DNA from: the human T2T-CHM13v2.0 reference genome, Homo sapiens
Reading direction: 5' to 3' (one strand)
Assembly (NCBI RefSeq): GCF_009914755.1
Contig: NC_060932.1
Length of the DNA stretch: 64,000 nucleotides
In this document: positions 1 to 16,940 of the stretch, in pieces
Layout of the letters: every line of letters begins with the position of its first letter
Position numbering within the stretch: position 1 is the stretch's first letter
Notes under the pieces: generated by a model
What the model saw: only the letters and a program-made list of their open reading frames with translations
Database searches by the model: none
What the model was told of the DNA's origin: nothing
Program-made: the position numbers and the translations under genes

Positions 1-530
1 GAAAAGCGGCCCGAAATGAGTTGAGTTATTCATCCCCACCGCGGAGTCAGGGACAAGGAGCAGTTGAGTGGCCGAGGAGTGAGAGAGAATCGAATCCACT
101 CGGGTCCTCCAAGCTGTTGGTTACCCACTTGGGCTTTCACAGCAAAGCTGCCAAATCCCAGAATTGAGGCCTCGGTGAAAAGCGCGCTGAGACTTGGGTA
201 GGAGGCCCGGTGGGACCCGCGAGCTTTCTCTCCCAGCCCGATGCAGCAGTTCATTAAGCGGCTGTGTTTCCTCCTAACTGGCGAAGGACTCAGGTGGGCG
301 GAGCAGAGCTCAGCTTGGGAGGAGGCGGACGCGAGTAGCTCGGCAGGGGGACTCGCTTGGCTTTCGTGCCATCCGTGGACACAGTCGCGCGGGTAGGTGA
401 CCGGGTTGGATTTCAAAGTCCAGCAGGAAATCCTGCCCTCTGGGTTGCACTTCCTGGATGAGCCTCTGACGTCTCAAGCAGCATTGTTTTAATGCTTTGA
501 TGAAGCTCAGCACGCTGCCGAAATCTCGGC
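1..530. promoter_or_regulatory. Edge of CpG-rich ASAH1 promoter / 5' region
   Basis: High GC and many CpGs (gcgcgc, cgcgcg, gggcgg GC-box at ~296-301) contrast with the CpG-depleted remainder; the region contains the ASAH1 first exon. Confidence 0.75.
129..254 (-). CDS. ASAH1: Acid ceramidase, alternative upstream first coding exon (42 codons); the gene continues left, outside the window
   Basis: ATG at 254-252 opens MNCCIGLGEKARGSHRASYPSLSALFTEASILGFGSFAVKAQ, which I recognise as the N-terminus of the alternative ASAH1 isoform. It is followed directly by a phase-0 donor CAA|GTGGGT at 128. Confidence 0.9.
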
Positions 531-809
531 AGTATTTTTTCTTTTCTTTTTGCATGTGAGAGAAAGGACAACAAATTGCAGTTTTATCCATTTGTATTAT
601 TTCTTTAGAAAACTCAACACTCTTTTTGTTGGAGGTGGGGAAATGAGAAGGTGATGTTTTGTTTTGCTTTTTTTCCTATTTTTTTTTTTTAAAGGAGGAG
701 AAGATGACAGTGTTCTCCCTAAGGATGAAGTTTGACTTTTGAAACATATCACATGCTTAAAGCACATTTGAGCTCCTGCATGAACAGTAAGCTAGCAGAT
801 GGTAGAAAT

Positions 810-1340
810 ATTCTTTATTAATTCAAAAAATATTTACTGCGGACCTACAATGTGCCAAGCATGTCTCCTGACACTGGGGATAAGCAGTGAACAACAACAA
901 AAAGACAAACTTCTTCCACCCTGAGGCGTATGTTCTCGGTGAGAAATGGGCAATAAACATAATACCTAAGAAAATTATACGGGATGTTAGTGACAAATGC
1001 AGTGGAGGAAAAGGGAGGCCAGGGGCATCAAGTGTGGAGATCAGAAGTGGTAGAGTTACAATTTTAAATAAGAGGGACAGATAGACATGATTAAGGAGGT
1101 GAAGTTTGAGCAGACAGTTGAGGGAGACCAGGAAGCTAGTTTTGTGTGTGCCCAAGTAAGAGTATTCTAGGCAGAGACAGCAGCTGTTAAAAGGCTTTAA
1201 ATGGAGAATGTGCCTGGCATGTTCAATTACAGCAGACGTGTGTGGGTCTGGCACAGAAAGAACAAGGGGAAAAGAAGAAAGAAGTATTAATAGACAAAGT
1301 ATTTAGTTAAGGAGAGCAGGGCAAATTCTGTAAGGCATTC
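810..1340 (-). mobile_element. L2 3' fragment
   Basis: Reverse complement of the L2 3' terminus (attcaaaaaatatttactg...ctacaatgtgccaagc). Confidence 0.7.
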
Positions 1341-2335
1341 AGAGCCATTTCACTCCGGAAAAAAAATGTGTAATATTGAATATACGTGTTAAATGTTGAA
1401 TCTATGGAATTACCTTGGAGCTTAAAATGAGTGTGCGAAGAAGAGGATTCCCATCTTTTAGTTGTTATTACTAAATCAAATAGCTACTTGATTGGAAGAT
1501 CATTCATCTTCAGTACTCTTGAGAGCGATTTAAACATGTCACCAAGCATATTTTTTTCCCTACTGGAGGATGTTAATTGGTGATTAGGTAGTCTAGCAAA
1601 ATCAGATTCTTTATGGAAAAAATTTGTCAATTGACATACTATTCTTAGGCACCACTTTCGCAGAACTATGCGTCTAACTTTCAAAGGTCTATTATATATT
1701 ATTAATACTCTTTTCAGATAAAATATAAATCTAGTTCCCTAAAATTAAACCATTTCATGCATGTCTTTTTTTTCTTACACATATATCTTTATTTTGCCTA
1801 CACCATTCTTTAATACTAGAAATGTACAGAAAGTCAAGGCAAGGTGTGTGTAGGAGACTTTGCAGTGGTTTTTGGCATACTGATCTGTTCATAGAAAATG
1901 GTATTTAAATGTGCAAATGCATGATTATGTCCACGGAAAGGGTGGTTCATACTGCACAAAAGCATCAAGTTTAAGACTTGGATAACCTGTTTCGTGTGCA
2001 AGAGTCGGGATATGTAATCAGATTGTTTATGGAATAGCTGAAGTTCTTGGCAAGCTGTGGACTTCCTCATCTCCTACCTAACATTCCTAGGTTCCTGAGG
2101 TGGAGCCTTGATTTAAAAGGGTTGCAACTTAGCCACCCCACCCTAAATGAAACCTATCATGTATAACATCACATTACCTGGAACAGGTTTGACTTGATTT
2201 AGTAAAACCGAATATACAAAAACGTGTACTAAAAGGTCAAGAGATAGAGAAATAATGTTTCAGTTTGAGAAATAAACATTTTTTTAACTTTAAATATTGA
2301 CTTTTTTATGAATAAGGAAGCTTTTTATTTTACAG

Positions 2336-2554
2336 GTCTTTGTGGGAAGAAACAAATCACAAAAGCAATTAAGAGAGCTCAAACAATGGGTAAGAAAGAG
2401 CACCTCAACAACTGTATTGAGCTAGCTGAAATTTTGCTCATTATGCTTTGTCAAGAACTTTAATTATCTCTTTACAGGGTTTATGCCAGTTACATACAAG
2501 GATCCTGCATATTTCAGGGACCCTAAAGTTTATAACATCAGATATCCGGAATAA
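2336..2554 (+). pseudogene. MRPS18CP3: MRPS18C last two exons plus 88-nt intron, carried antisense inside the ABRAXAS1 retrocopy 3'UTR (probably MRPS18CP3, name from recall)
   Basis: ag|2336-2389 encodes LCGKKQITKAIKRAQTM; intron gtaag...tttacag 2390-2477; exon 2478-2554 encodes [24 protein letters not shown]. Confidence 0.85.
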
Positions 2555-3211
2555 ATTCCATCACATTACCACCAGTAAACTTATTTTATAGTAAGTGGTT
2601 GTATGACGCCAATACTGACTCAAACCAACCTTTGGATAGAAAAGTGTTTCAGGAGTGAGGTAAAGAATGACACTTCCCCTTCATACCAATCAGTGTTCAT
2701 TAAGCAGATCGCTTATTTAAAATGTTAACACTCATCACATTTTACATATGTTGAATGAAAGTGGTTCTGGGTGATAGTCATTTATATCTGGTCCACAAAT
2801 AGCTCATACAATGTAGTACACCATTCAACTGAATGGAGTTAAAACTGCTCAGAATGGTTTTCTAACTAGCAAATGTAAGTATGCCTGGTTAAGAGATCTT
2901 CCCTTTGTAGGAATGTTACACTGGGATGCATAGTGATGCTGTCACAGCAGGACAAAACATTCCTAGACAACTCTATCCTCAAACCAGTAGTGTCTTTTAC
3001 ATAAAAAGATGATTTACACCTAATAGACAGTGAATGTGATAGACATGTATGTATATATGTATCAGTTCTGAGTTCCACCAGCCTATCCCAAACACACTGG
3101 ATTACCAGGCTTGTACTGTACTCAAAATTAAGGATTTGCTAAATTTCGTGCAAAGGACTCTAAACTAGGGGAGAGATTATTGTTTGTGTTGCGTTATAGT
3201 TGTGTAATAAT

Positions 3212-3317
3212 TAAGGCTGCCAGATTTAGCAAGTACAAATGTAGGACAAATTTAAATTTTAGATCATGTTTTGCAAAGGTACTGCGTGAGATCCAGCATT
3301 TTATCTGGCAACACTAG
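3212..3317. mobile_element. MER53-like palindromic hAT MITE inside the retrocopied 3'UTR
   Basis: Inverted termini ggctgccagatttagc ... ttatctggcaacacta. Confidence 0.6.
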
Positions 3318-3431
3318 CTGTAATGTACTTCTAAAAAATTATCACCTAAGGATAATTTTAATGACTCAGATAAATTTCATATAAATTTCTTTCCACATTG
3401 TGAAAATAAGGCTATTCTAGCTTTTCTAATA

Positions 3432-3564
3432 CTTTTTTTTTTTTTTTTAATAGAGATGGGTCTCACTGTGTTGCCCAGGCTGGTCTCTAACTCCTGGCCT
3501 CAATCATTCCTGCCTTGTCTTCCCTAAGTGCTGGGATTACAGCTGTGAGCCACTGTGCCTGGCC
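3432..3564 (-). mobile_element. FLAM / Alu left monomer
   Basis: T-tail plus a monomeric Alu body. Confidence 0.85.
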
Positions 3565-3967
3565 TCACTTTTCCAATTCTAAAGAATGTGTGTAAGCCTT
3601 TCCCTCAACAACTTATTGAAAGGCGAAAAAAGGTTTGGAAATAAAAGGATCTGATGTTTGAAAAAGTACTTTGTAAAATAAATGCACTAAGACTTATCTG
3701 TGGATTACTGCAAAGAGGTGAATATAGTAAAAACAAATGAACTTACCTGTATTACTGCAAGTGGCTCAACCTAGTAAAAACAATGGAAATGTTTGACTTT
3801 ACCCATCAGCCAAATTAAAAAAATCTCCTTTTAAGGTTAAAAGGATCAAAATGTAGGTGACCGTGAATATTCACCAAAACCTTCATCTTTTCAATCTCTT
3901 CATCTGTTTCTGGGCTGCTCATTTTGGATGCTTTGTTATTGGTTACTACTATCAGTATCTGTTTTAG

Positions 3968-4386
<419 letters not shown>

Positions 4387-4694
4387 GTCATCTCTTGAAC
4401 TGCCATCTGTCAGCTAAGTCTAAGGTTTTATGCTTAACCATTTGTGGTGTACTAGCTGGACTAGCTTCAGGAATGTCAGTGTTTTCTACCATTAAGGTCA
4501 GATTGTCTACTACATCGAGATGGTGGTGGTTGTTAGAGCTACCTTTAGAAACATGTCTGTTTTTTTAAAGACATAACACATGCATGAAGAATTCAGAATC
4601 TGGAAAAAAGGTCCATAATGTTTGACAAAGAAAAATGTTCTCCTGAGGGTCTTTTTTGGATGCTCTTCTCTCGTTCTGCTGGAATCTGGGCTCA

Positions 4695-4799
<105 letters not shown>

Positions 4800-4802
4800 T
4801 TA

Positions 4803-5063
<261 letters not shown>

Positions 5064-5066
5064 TCA

Positions 5067-5222
<156 letters not shown>

Positions 5223-5300
5223 TTATTTACTTCACCTGAAGAATTATAAAAACTAAAAAACTGATAGCATGGAATATATTTCTGAATGTCAATTGTATAA

Positions 5301-5945
<645 letters not shown>

Positions 5946-7111
5946 ACATGAAAATAGACATTTCTCCTTTGTTGAGAAGGATGTACAACAAATCTATGAA
6001 GTTTAAGTTTTAGTACCTTCACTTGCTCATGCCCCTTCCCAACCTTTTACTAAATTTTATGCTTGTAATTTTGTATTCTTTTCCTTAAGGAGGACCACTT
6101 AAATTGCATAAGATTCAGGTGTCACCAAACCTGGATCTAGCATCAGATGTTGTTGGAAGAAAATGTCCACCTTTCTCTGCCGTCTCCTCCATTCATGTCT
6201 CCCTAGGGAAGGAGAGATGTATGATGTATCTAATCAGTAAATAGTTGAAAAGGTCACAGAACGTGCGTGGCCTGGCCTCTCTTCTGGCGCTTTCATTCAG
6301 ATCTGCCTCCCCACAGTAGTAGATATGCCTGCCCACACTGGTAATTCTACTGCAGCAAGCCTTGAATGACAACAGTGGACGTGAAAGTAGTTGCTGCCTT
6401 TGACCACATCTTCCCAAAGTGGCACGTCACCAACAGACTTTAAAATCATGACGTTATAACGTAATGGCTGTGAAGATTTGGAAGAAAGCACTCTAAAATG
6501 AGAGCTCTGAGAGATGTAGAGAGAAGGCAGTCAAGGAATAGCGCCTATAAGCACCTCCTGCACATCCGGTCCCTGCGCCTCCATCCTCACCCTGCCCTCA
6601 GCTCACTCCCCTCCTGTTAGAAATTGGCTGTGCCCCTGAAAAGTCATTTGCATTTGCCTAAAGACTGAGTACACAAGCTCATTCCAAAGTAGAAGGTGTT
6701 GAAGTTCCATTTTGGCCTCAGGTCAAAATTGTTTTCTCTATTTCAGCTTAGTGAGCAAGAAAGCAGAATCTAATATGTGTATATTTCTAACGCCTGTGTA
6801 TATTTCTCAACTGTTTCCCAGCTCAGAAAGGTGAGGAGTATGACAGTCACCCTGAAATGACAACAGAAGCCAACAATAACAATTATAGTAATAATGTGTG
6901 TATAGAAAGTACTAAATGACCATTAAATGAAGAGCAGATTACTAGGTGCTATGGAAGATACACATGCAGTGAAATACAAATTCCAGATCTCAGGGAGTTT
7001 GCAACCGAAAAAGAATATAACACTAATATATATACAAGGGGACTTCAAAACGTTCACCTGCACCCTCCACCTCCCAGGTTCAAAGATGGAGTTAAAGGAT
7101 AAAAAGTATAA

Positions 7112-7312
<201 letters not shown>

Positions 7313-7652
7313 TAAAAAAAGAGGGTCCTGGGAATTTAACCATGTCAATGAGTCTTTATTAACTGAAGAAAAATGGGTGCCCTTTACAGATTTTTTAAGA
7401 TTAGGAAACAAAAAGAAGTCAGAAAGATTTCCTGTGGAAGCTCTTGCAAAATTGCCCTTGTTTGATGAGAGGAATGGGCAGGAGCATTGTCATGGTGAAG
7501 AAGGACTCTCTGGTGAATCTCCTGGGCATTTTTCTGATAAGGCTTTGGCTTTCTCAAAATACTCTAATAATAAGGAGATGTTGTCATTTTTTGGCCCTCC
7601 AGAAAATCAACAAGCGAAATGCCTTGAGCATCAAAAAGAAATGTTGCCATGA

Positions 7653-8306
<654 letters not shown>

Positions 8307-9195
8307 GGTCTGCTTTTGCTTTGACTGGACCATTTGCAATTCTTGGAAGCCATTGCTTTAATCGTGCCTTGTGTTCAGGATCCTACTGGTAAAGCCATCC
8401 TGTTACAGTTCTTCAAATAAATGCTTCAGCATCCTGATCTCACTTGTTTAAAATGTTCATTTAAAAGGTCTACTCTTGACTGCAGCTGATCTGGATGTAA
8501 TGGTTTTGGCATTCATTGAGGGGAAGGTTTGCTCAACTATAATTTTTCACTTGTAATTGTGTAAGCTGAACAAGTTGAGATGTCTATGCTGTTGGCTGTT
8601 ATTTGTGCTGTTGTTAGTCCTCTTCAATTAGGGCATGAAGATGATGAATTTTTTTCTCACAACTTGATGTAATGATCTGGCACTGTGGGTTTCATCTTCA
8701 ACGTTGTCTCATCCTTTTTAAATTGACTTGTTTGTTTGTAAACTGCTGATTTCTTTGGGGCATTGTCCCCATAAACTTTTTGTAAAGCATTAGTGATTTC
8801 ATTGTTCTTCTACCCAAGCTTTACCATAAACTTGATATTCTTGCTTCAATTTTACAGAATTTGTGTTGCTTATATAGGGGCTTTTTTCTGACTGACGATT
8901 TATCCTTCCTATTACCTCCAGCTAGATCCTTTGAGACATACTACAGTAAGATAGTATGAGTTTATTTTGGTGCAAACAAATTTTGAAATCATACGTAGTT
9001 ATTTTATAGCATGCATTTTCCATGGACTTTTTGAAGTCCCCTTATATATATAGACTTATAAAGGCAGCTTTAACTGAAGCATATTTTACACATGTTCTAT
9101 TTGGTTGAAGATATGAAATTACCATTTTTGTAGATAAAATGTATTTGAATATTAACACTTTCATATAGCCAACCTAATTGTTACCAACACCCGAA

Positions 9196-9420
9196 ACATT
9201 CACAATTACTTGACTTGGAAACTTCAACATTCCAGAACATTCACAATTACTTAACTTGGAAACTTCAAATTCCAGAACATTCACAGTTACTTGACTTGGA
9301 AACTCCAACATTCCAGAACATTCAGAATTACTTGGCTTGGAAACTTCAACATTCCAGAGCATTCACAATTACTTGACTTAGAAATTTCAACATTCCAGAA
9401 CATTCACAGTTACTTGACTT
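9196..9420 (+). repeat. 41-bp minisatellite, ~5.5 copies
   Basis: Unit acattcacaattacttgacttggaaacttcaacattccaga starts at 9196, 9237, 9277, 9318, 9359 and 9400. Confidence 0.95.
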
Positions 9421-9886
9421 GCCATCACACTGTAGTTATCTGTAGACCTCTGGGGTCCCCTGCTTCTCCTCACTCTTTGAAGGTTTTGACACCTGACTCA
9501 CTGTCACTCTTTTAAACCTGACTCTTGGCAACATTCTTGGTGATTTCAACATCCACAAAGACAATCTTTCCAATATTCTGGTTTCCTGACTTCTGAAAAT
9601 GTTCTTGGATGCCATTTTACCTCAAATACCCAGTTCCATGGTCATATCTTAGACATTGGAATATTTACATCATTTTGCTTCGGGGGTACCATTCTCTTGA
9701 TTCTTCCGTTACTCACTGGCCACATTTTGAATAGCATCTGTTGGTTTCTCCTCATCAACTGATCTCTATATGTAGGAGTACCCTAGGGCCTGGTCATCAG
9801 ACGTTGTTTCTTATTTATCTATGCTTACCACTTAATGTGACCTCATTCACTCTCATGACTTTAGTTCCATCTGAATATTGATGACA

Positions 9887-10911
<1,025 letters not shown>

Positions 10912-11441
10912 AGTGACTCCCAAATTTATGTCACTAGCTCAGACCTGTCCCCTGAATTTAGATTCTTATATGTAGTTGCTTCTCAGCCTCATCTACTTTG
11001 GATACCTAATAGGTATCTTAATATGTCATGTCTAAAAAGGAACTTATGTTTTCTCCGTCCCAATATACACTGTCCCTTTCCCAAATCTTCCCCATCTCAG
11101 TAAATGGCAATCCCATCTTTCTAGTTTGCTTAGGCCAAAGAATCTTACAGTCAATTTGATTTTTCTCTTTCTTACCACAAACTCAATGCACCAGCAAATC
11201 CTATTAGCTTTACGTTCAAAATATACGATACCCCGAATCTGACCACTTCTCACCACTTTCCACTTCTGCTTTCTTCCAGGTTACTCTCATCTGGATTATT
11301 GTAGTCACCTTGTCACTGGTATCTCTGCTTTCTCCTAACCCCCATCTAATCTCCAAAAAATCAGAACATGTCACTCCTGGCCCCCAAATCCCCCCAGTGA
11401 CTCCGCCCTCCCCACCCCGCTCAGAATTAAAGTCAATGATC

Positions 11442-11888
<447 letters not shown>

Positions 11889-12699
11889 TGAGGGACATAG
11901 CACTTACTGCTACCTTTGTTTGGAATGTTCTTTCCCAGATACCCATGTGGCACACCCAAATGCTTGAGTGGCCCCTTATTAGTGAGGCCTTCCTATAGCA
12001 TTATATATAAGATGGATATAAGGTAGGACTCAGAACATACTCCCTATCCTCCTTACTCTACTTCACCTGACTCCAAACACTGTCACCACCTGACGTAGTA
12101 CATATTTTATTTTTTATTTGTTTAGCATCTGTCTGCCTCTAACTAGAATGCAAGCTCCATGAGGACAGAGATTTTTGTTTTGTTTACCGCCATATTGTCA
12201 GCAGCTAGAGCAATGTCTGGCATGTAGTAGCACTCAATGAATATTAATTGAATAAATGAGCTACCTAAAAAATAACTGCATTGATATCATAACCCAAGTA
12301 GTGTCTGAAATAATGTAATGAATTACCAGAATGCAAATGAATTATTTTCCAGATGTCTTTAAGTTGGGTGTTGGAAAGTCAATATGCATTTTTCCTACAA
12401 ATATAAAGTAAGTGCTGTTATTATCCCCATCTTATGGATAAGACATCTGATATTTAGCTTATGCAACTATGCCTGTTTTCTGATTTTGAGGCATGTACCT
12501 CACCACTTATACTAAATTTCCAGGTCAGATCATAAAACCTTACGTAAGCCATAAAATTCAGATATAAAGTAGTCTAAAAAAAGGAAGGACCAGAATGGAA
12601 GATACCTATCTTACACACAAACAGCTGTATCTAGAGTATAGGCTTCTTAGCTTTCTAGATGTTTCACCCAGTTATAGCTGTTCTTTGATAGTGATACAG

Positions 12700-13645
12700 T
12701 GATAGAGGCAGGAGGCAGAGAAATTCTAGGCAGATGGGAAGATCCCTGGCAAAGCACCACCCTAAAGCTGAAAAGCTTGAAACCACTGCCTAAAGTGAGA
12801 ACTTATATTCCCGTTTTCCTGCTTGAATGTTGTCTTTTCCTAAACTACCCATAGCCTGCCCCACCCTATCTTGTGCCTATAAAGACCCCAGACTCAGCCA
12901 GCAGAGGGGAGAAACAGCTGGACATCAGAGAGAAGCAGCCGGACTTCAGAGGGACAGCTTGATGACATAACTTTGGAGAAGAATGCAGCCAGAGATGGGT
13001 GGACTCCAGGGAAAGATTACCTGCCGCCCCACCCTCTTTTCAGCTCCCCTTCCTGCTGAGAGCCACTTTCATCGGCAATAAAATTCACTGCATTTGCTAT
13101 CCTTCGATTTGTTTGTATGACCTTATTTCTCCTGGACGCCGGTCAAGAGCTCAGGAACCATCAGTGCGATACAAAAGGCTGTCACACTGGCCCTTTGCCC
13201 TCACCGGAGGAGGGCAGCCACCTCATGCAAAAGAGCAGAAGGCTCACTGAGCTTTTAACACTCAAGCTGTCCACGGGTGGAAGAGCTGAAAGAGCACTGT
13301 AACACACCCTCTGGGACTTCAGGAGTTGCAGGCACCCTGCAGGGATGTTGCTGTGGGGTCTGTATGGAGTTTGCTCCTGCTGGTGCCCCAGAGTGCTTGC
13401 TCTAGCTCCTGTACCTACTCACCTGTGTGTTCCCTCCTGTGGGGTGGAACACAGTGGGTCCAAGTGAGTGGAGATTGATCCCGCTGGTGCCAAAGTAGCT
13501 GGCTGGTTCCAGTGCTTGTGCACTCCAGTTCCTGCCTTGTTTGCTGGTGCGCTGCCTCCCATGAGGAGTTGAGAATGGCAGGCAGAGTAAATGAGGCGCC
13601 CCTGTCGTGAGTCCTGCAAAGGGGTCAGGGAAATATTCTCCTCTG
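12700..13645 (+). mobile_element. Solo ERV1 LTR (LTR1/LTR27/LTR28-like)
   Basis: Starts tgatagaggcaggaggcagagaaattctaggcag; TATA-like cctataaaga at ~12877; AATAAA at ~13077. Confidence 0.75.
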
Positions 13646-14739
13646 GTAGGTTTTTCTGTTTTCATCAACTTATCTGCTTTCTTCCTCTCCTCTCCTCTGC
13701 AGCTTAGGTTCCATGGGCCACCATTTTAACCACTTACTTGCCAATATATTAAACTTTCTCCCTTTTTGTTCTTTCATTGCCCATTCTGTAAAACCCCAAC
13801 CCTGGATGAATACAACTATCTATATCCTCTATATACGTACACCTGGACTATTGACTTCTACTCAGCAGACTTGATGTCATTATAAATTTATGGCAGACAA
13901 TCTACTGGGCCCTCAATACTATGCAGCAAATCTGTGATTCTCAGGCATGTTATCTCTCTTAACTCTTTGAAATCTTCTCAAAACTTTGTCTATTATTTCT
14001 TCTGTTGCTCTTAGATTACCATGTCTTCTTCTTCATGGAGAAAATGTTAATTTCAGAAGGGAATTGCCTCAATTTTCTGCCATCAAGTCTGCATATGGTC
14101 TACATCTATCTCTATACTTTTCTACTTCTCTTCTGCTACAATGGAGAGGTTGCCCCTTCTGTTTTAGCCCAATCTCTTCTTCCTTTTATGGAACACCATG
14201 CCATAAATTATGACTTCTCTCTCTTGCATCTTCAGCCTCTTCTTTTCTATTGGCTTCTTGATATTAACATTTACATATACTCAAGTCTCTCCTATGTTAA
14301 GAAAAAGTCTTCCTTGGATCCTGTTACTAACCTCACTCTCCCTCATTCATAGCCAAAGTTCTCAAAAGAAAACTACACTGGAAATTCCCAAATACTGATC
14401 CATGGACTATAAGACCACTGGGAGATATTTTTAGGTGTCTGTGGCAAAATAAGAAACAAATAAGCTAATGTAGTCCATGTTTACTCATATAGCAAGTTAC
14501 AGATATGAGTCAGATTAAGGTTACTGTTTTCTCCCGAAGAGTGTTCATTATTCTTTTATATCCTTCTTATTTTTCTGAAATTGAATGCTTTTTAATAAAA
14601 TAATGGCACTAGTAGGTAGAATTAAAAAAATTCTGCTTGGCAAAATAAAAACTTACCCTGTCTATATAATACAAAAATATTTTGCATTTATTACTGTTGC
14701 TTTAAGTTTAAAAGTGTTGAATTGACTTTATTATATTTA

Positions 14740-16110
14740 TTTCCTCACCTCTAACTCACCCACCAATACTTCTCCATCTGGATATTGCACCAACAACCTC
14801 TGCCAAAAATGCTCTTGCTGAGGTACCCAGTGAGCTCTGTAAGGCAAAAGATAATTTTCATTTTGTTAGATCCTTCAGTACATTGGATAAAATTGACAAC
14901 TTCCTCTTCCTTAAAAAGCCTCCCTTTTATGGCTTCCATTATGCCCCAGCTACTGGTTTTCTGCAACCTTCCTTGACTTCATTTCCACAGTCTTTCATCA
15001 CCTCCTCCTCTACTACATCACACTAGTGTTGGAAATCCTTGGTCTCTGTCCTATCTAACTTGTATTAGTCTACATTGTCTCCCAGAGTGATTTCATTCCC
15101 TCCCAAGGCTTCTGTGTCCAGATTCTGTGTCTGATTTATGTGGCATTTGATAGGTGACTTGAGACAAGTCAGAAACTGAGTTCATCAGTTTTCCCTCCTT
15201 TCAAATCTGCTCATCCTCCATCTCAGTAGATAACATTACCATCTACTTTCATGCTCAAGCCTGAAATTTAGAAGTTGCCTTGACTTCCTTCTTTCCTTTA
15301 TCACCTACATTTAATTCTAATCATTAAGACAGTTAATTGTTTTAAACAACTCTCAAATCTCTCATCTTCTTTCCACCCTCCCTGCCGGCATCCTAGTCTA
15401 GCCTACCATCATTTCTTTCCTCTACCACTGCAGTAAATTCCTACGTGGACTCTCTCACTGTTCAAAACGTCCTCTAAACTGCAACCAGAATGATCTTCTA
15501 GAAATGCAAATCTGATAATATCACTTCCCTGCTTAATGCCTTTTAATGATATCCCCTTACTCTTATGGGCTTCTCAACCTGGCTCCAAAGGCTCTGCTCA
15601 GAAGCCAGATTAGGTCTGACTTCCTCTCTGGCTTTTGTTTTTTTAATCACTCTTCATCATTCATTCCCTTCCAGCCAAAAAGCAGTTCCTCCAAGACACC
15701 CTGCTGTCTCCTATCTCAATGTTCCTGCTCACAGGATTCCAATGCATGGAATATTTTCTCCTATGTGAGTCTTCACACTTATAACTCCTACTCATCCCTC
15801 AGAGTTGAGCTTAACTCCTGTCCTCCTTAGGGAAGCCTTCCCTGGCCTACATCTCTTCAAACCAAGTTTTTCACCCTATTAATCAATTCTCAAATATCCT
15901 GTAATTTTCCTTTTCAGTACTTCGCACACTTATAATTATTTGATTGATCATTTATGAATTGTTTAATATCTGACTTCCTTAATAACCTGTAAACTCTATC
16001 AAGACAGAGATCATGTCTATGTCATTTATCACCACATTCGCAATATCTAGCACAATGCCTGACATCGCTTAGGTGCATAATAAACATGTTGATGATTGAT
16101 TTATTGACTA
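14740..16110 (+). mobile_element. Degenerate L2
   Basis: Pyrimidine-rich L2 ORF2/3' motifs ending ...cacaatgcctgacat...taataaacatgttgatgattga. Confidence 0.65.
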
Positions 16111-16799
16111 TTTTTAGAACTGAGAAACTAACCTGTCTAAATAACAGTGCTTTGTGGAAACATGCATTCACGTTCTAACAAGACTTTTCTTTTCTTTCCT
16201 CAACCACACTTCTTTCATTTTTTTCTTTCTCTCTCTTGCTCTCTTTATATACATAGAAATGGTACTCTCACTCTCCGGCCTATATTTAAAAAGTCTCTAA
16301 TGTGATGGGCGTTGGAAAAAGTGTGGGTTCTGGAATAAGGGTTAGGTCAAAGACCTAAGGGTGAGATACCTTGGGGATTAGGTTTTTATCTCAGACTATG
16401 TCTGAGTTAGGTTTTCTCTCTATTCTCCAGGCTCTAAAGTTTCTGGATTTTTGTTTTTGCTCTAGTAAAGATACAGGAAGCACAGCTAAGCCAACCACAA
16501 CCCTTTACTGTCTTTTACCAGAATCATGTAGGAAAGATAAAATCTACTCTTGGATACCAACATTGAGTCCATGACTTAAATGCAAAAGTCCAAAAAAGTG
16601 GAATCTACAACTTGTGGAATATTCAGATAATCAACCAAAGTGATGACTCCCACTTACTACCACAAACAATGGATGAGAGTTCCCATTGTTTCCTATTCTT
16701 GCCAACTCTGGTTTTAACTGACTTTTAAATTTTTACCAGTTTGGTGACTGCAAATGCTGTCTCATTGAAGCTTTATTTTGCAGTTCCCTAGTTATTAAA

Positions 16800-16940
16800 G
16801 TATTGGGTATTGAAGTTGGCTCTTGACACTAGTAACTTGAAAAGTCTATGATATTTACTACACAGAAATAAGCAAATACTACAAGCCAGGGCTTTCCTCA
16901 CATTGGAGGACTGGTTGTTAAATATTACCAGTCCACAGCT
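16800..16940 (+). mobile_element. MER63-like hAT fragment within old L1M
   Basis: cacagaaataagcaaatactacaagccagggc...ggttgttaaatattaccag. Confidence 0.5.

Noticed and set aside
30-416. 128-aa ORF as a complete gene
   Set aside because: Only 254-129 matches the known ASAH1 exon; the rest is 5' flank and intron read-through.
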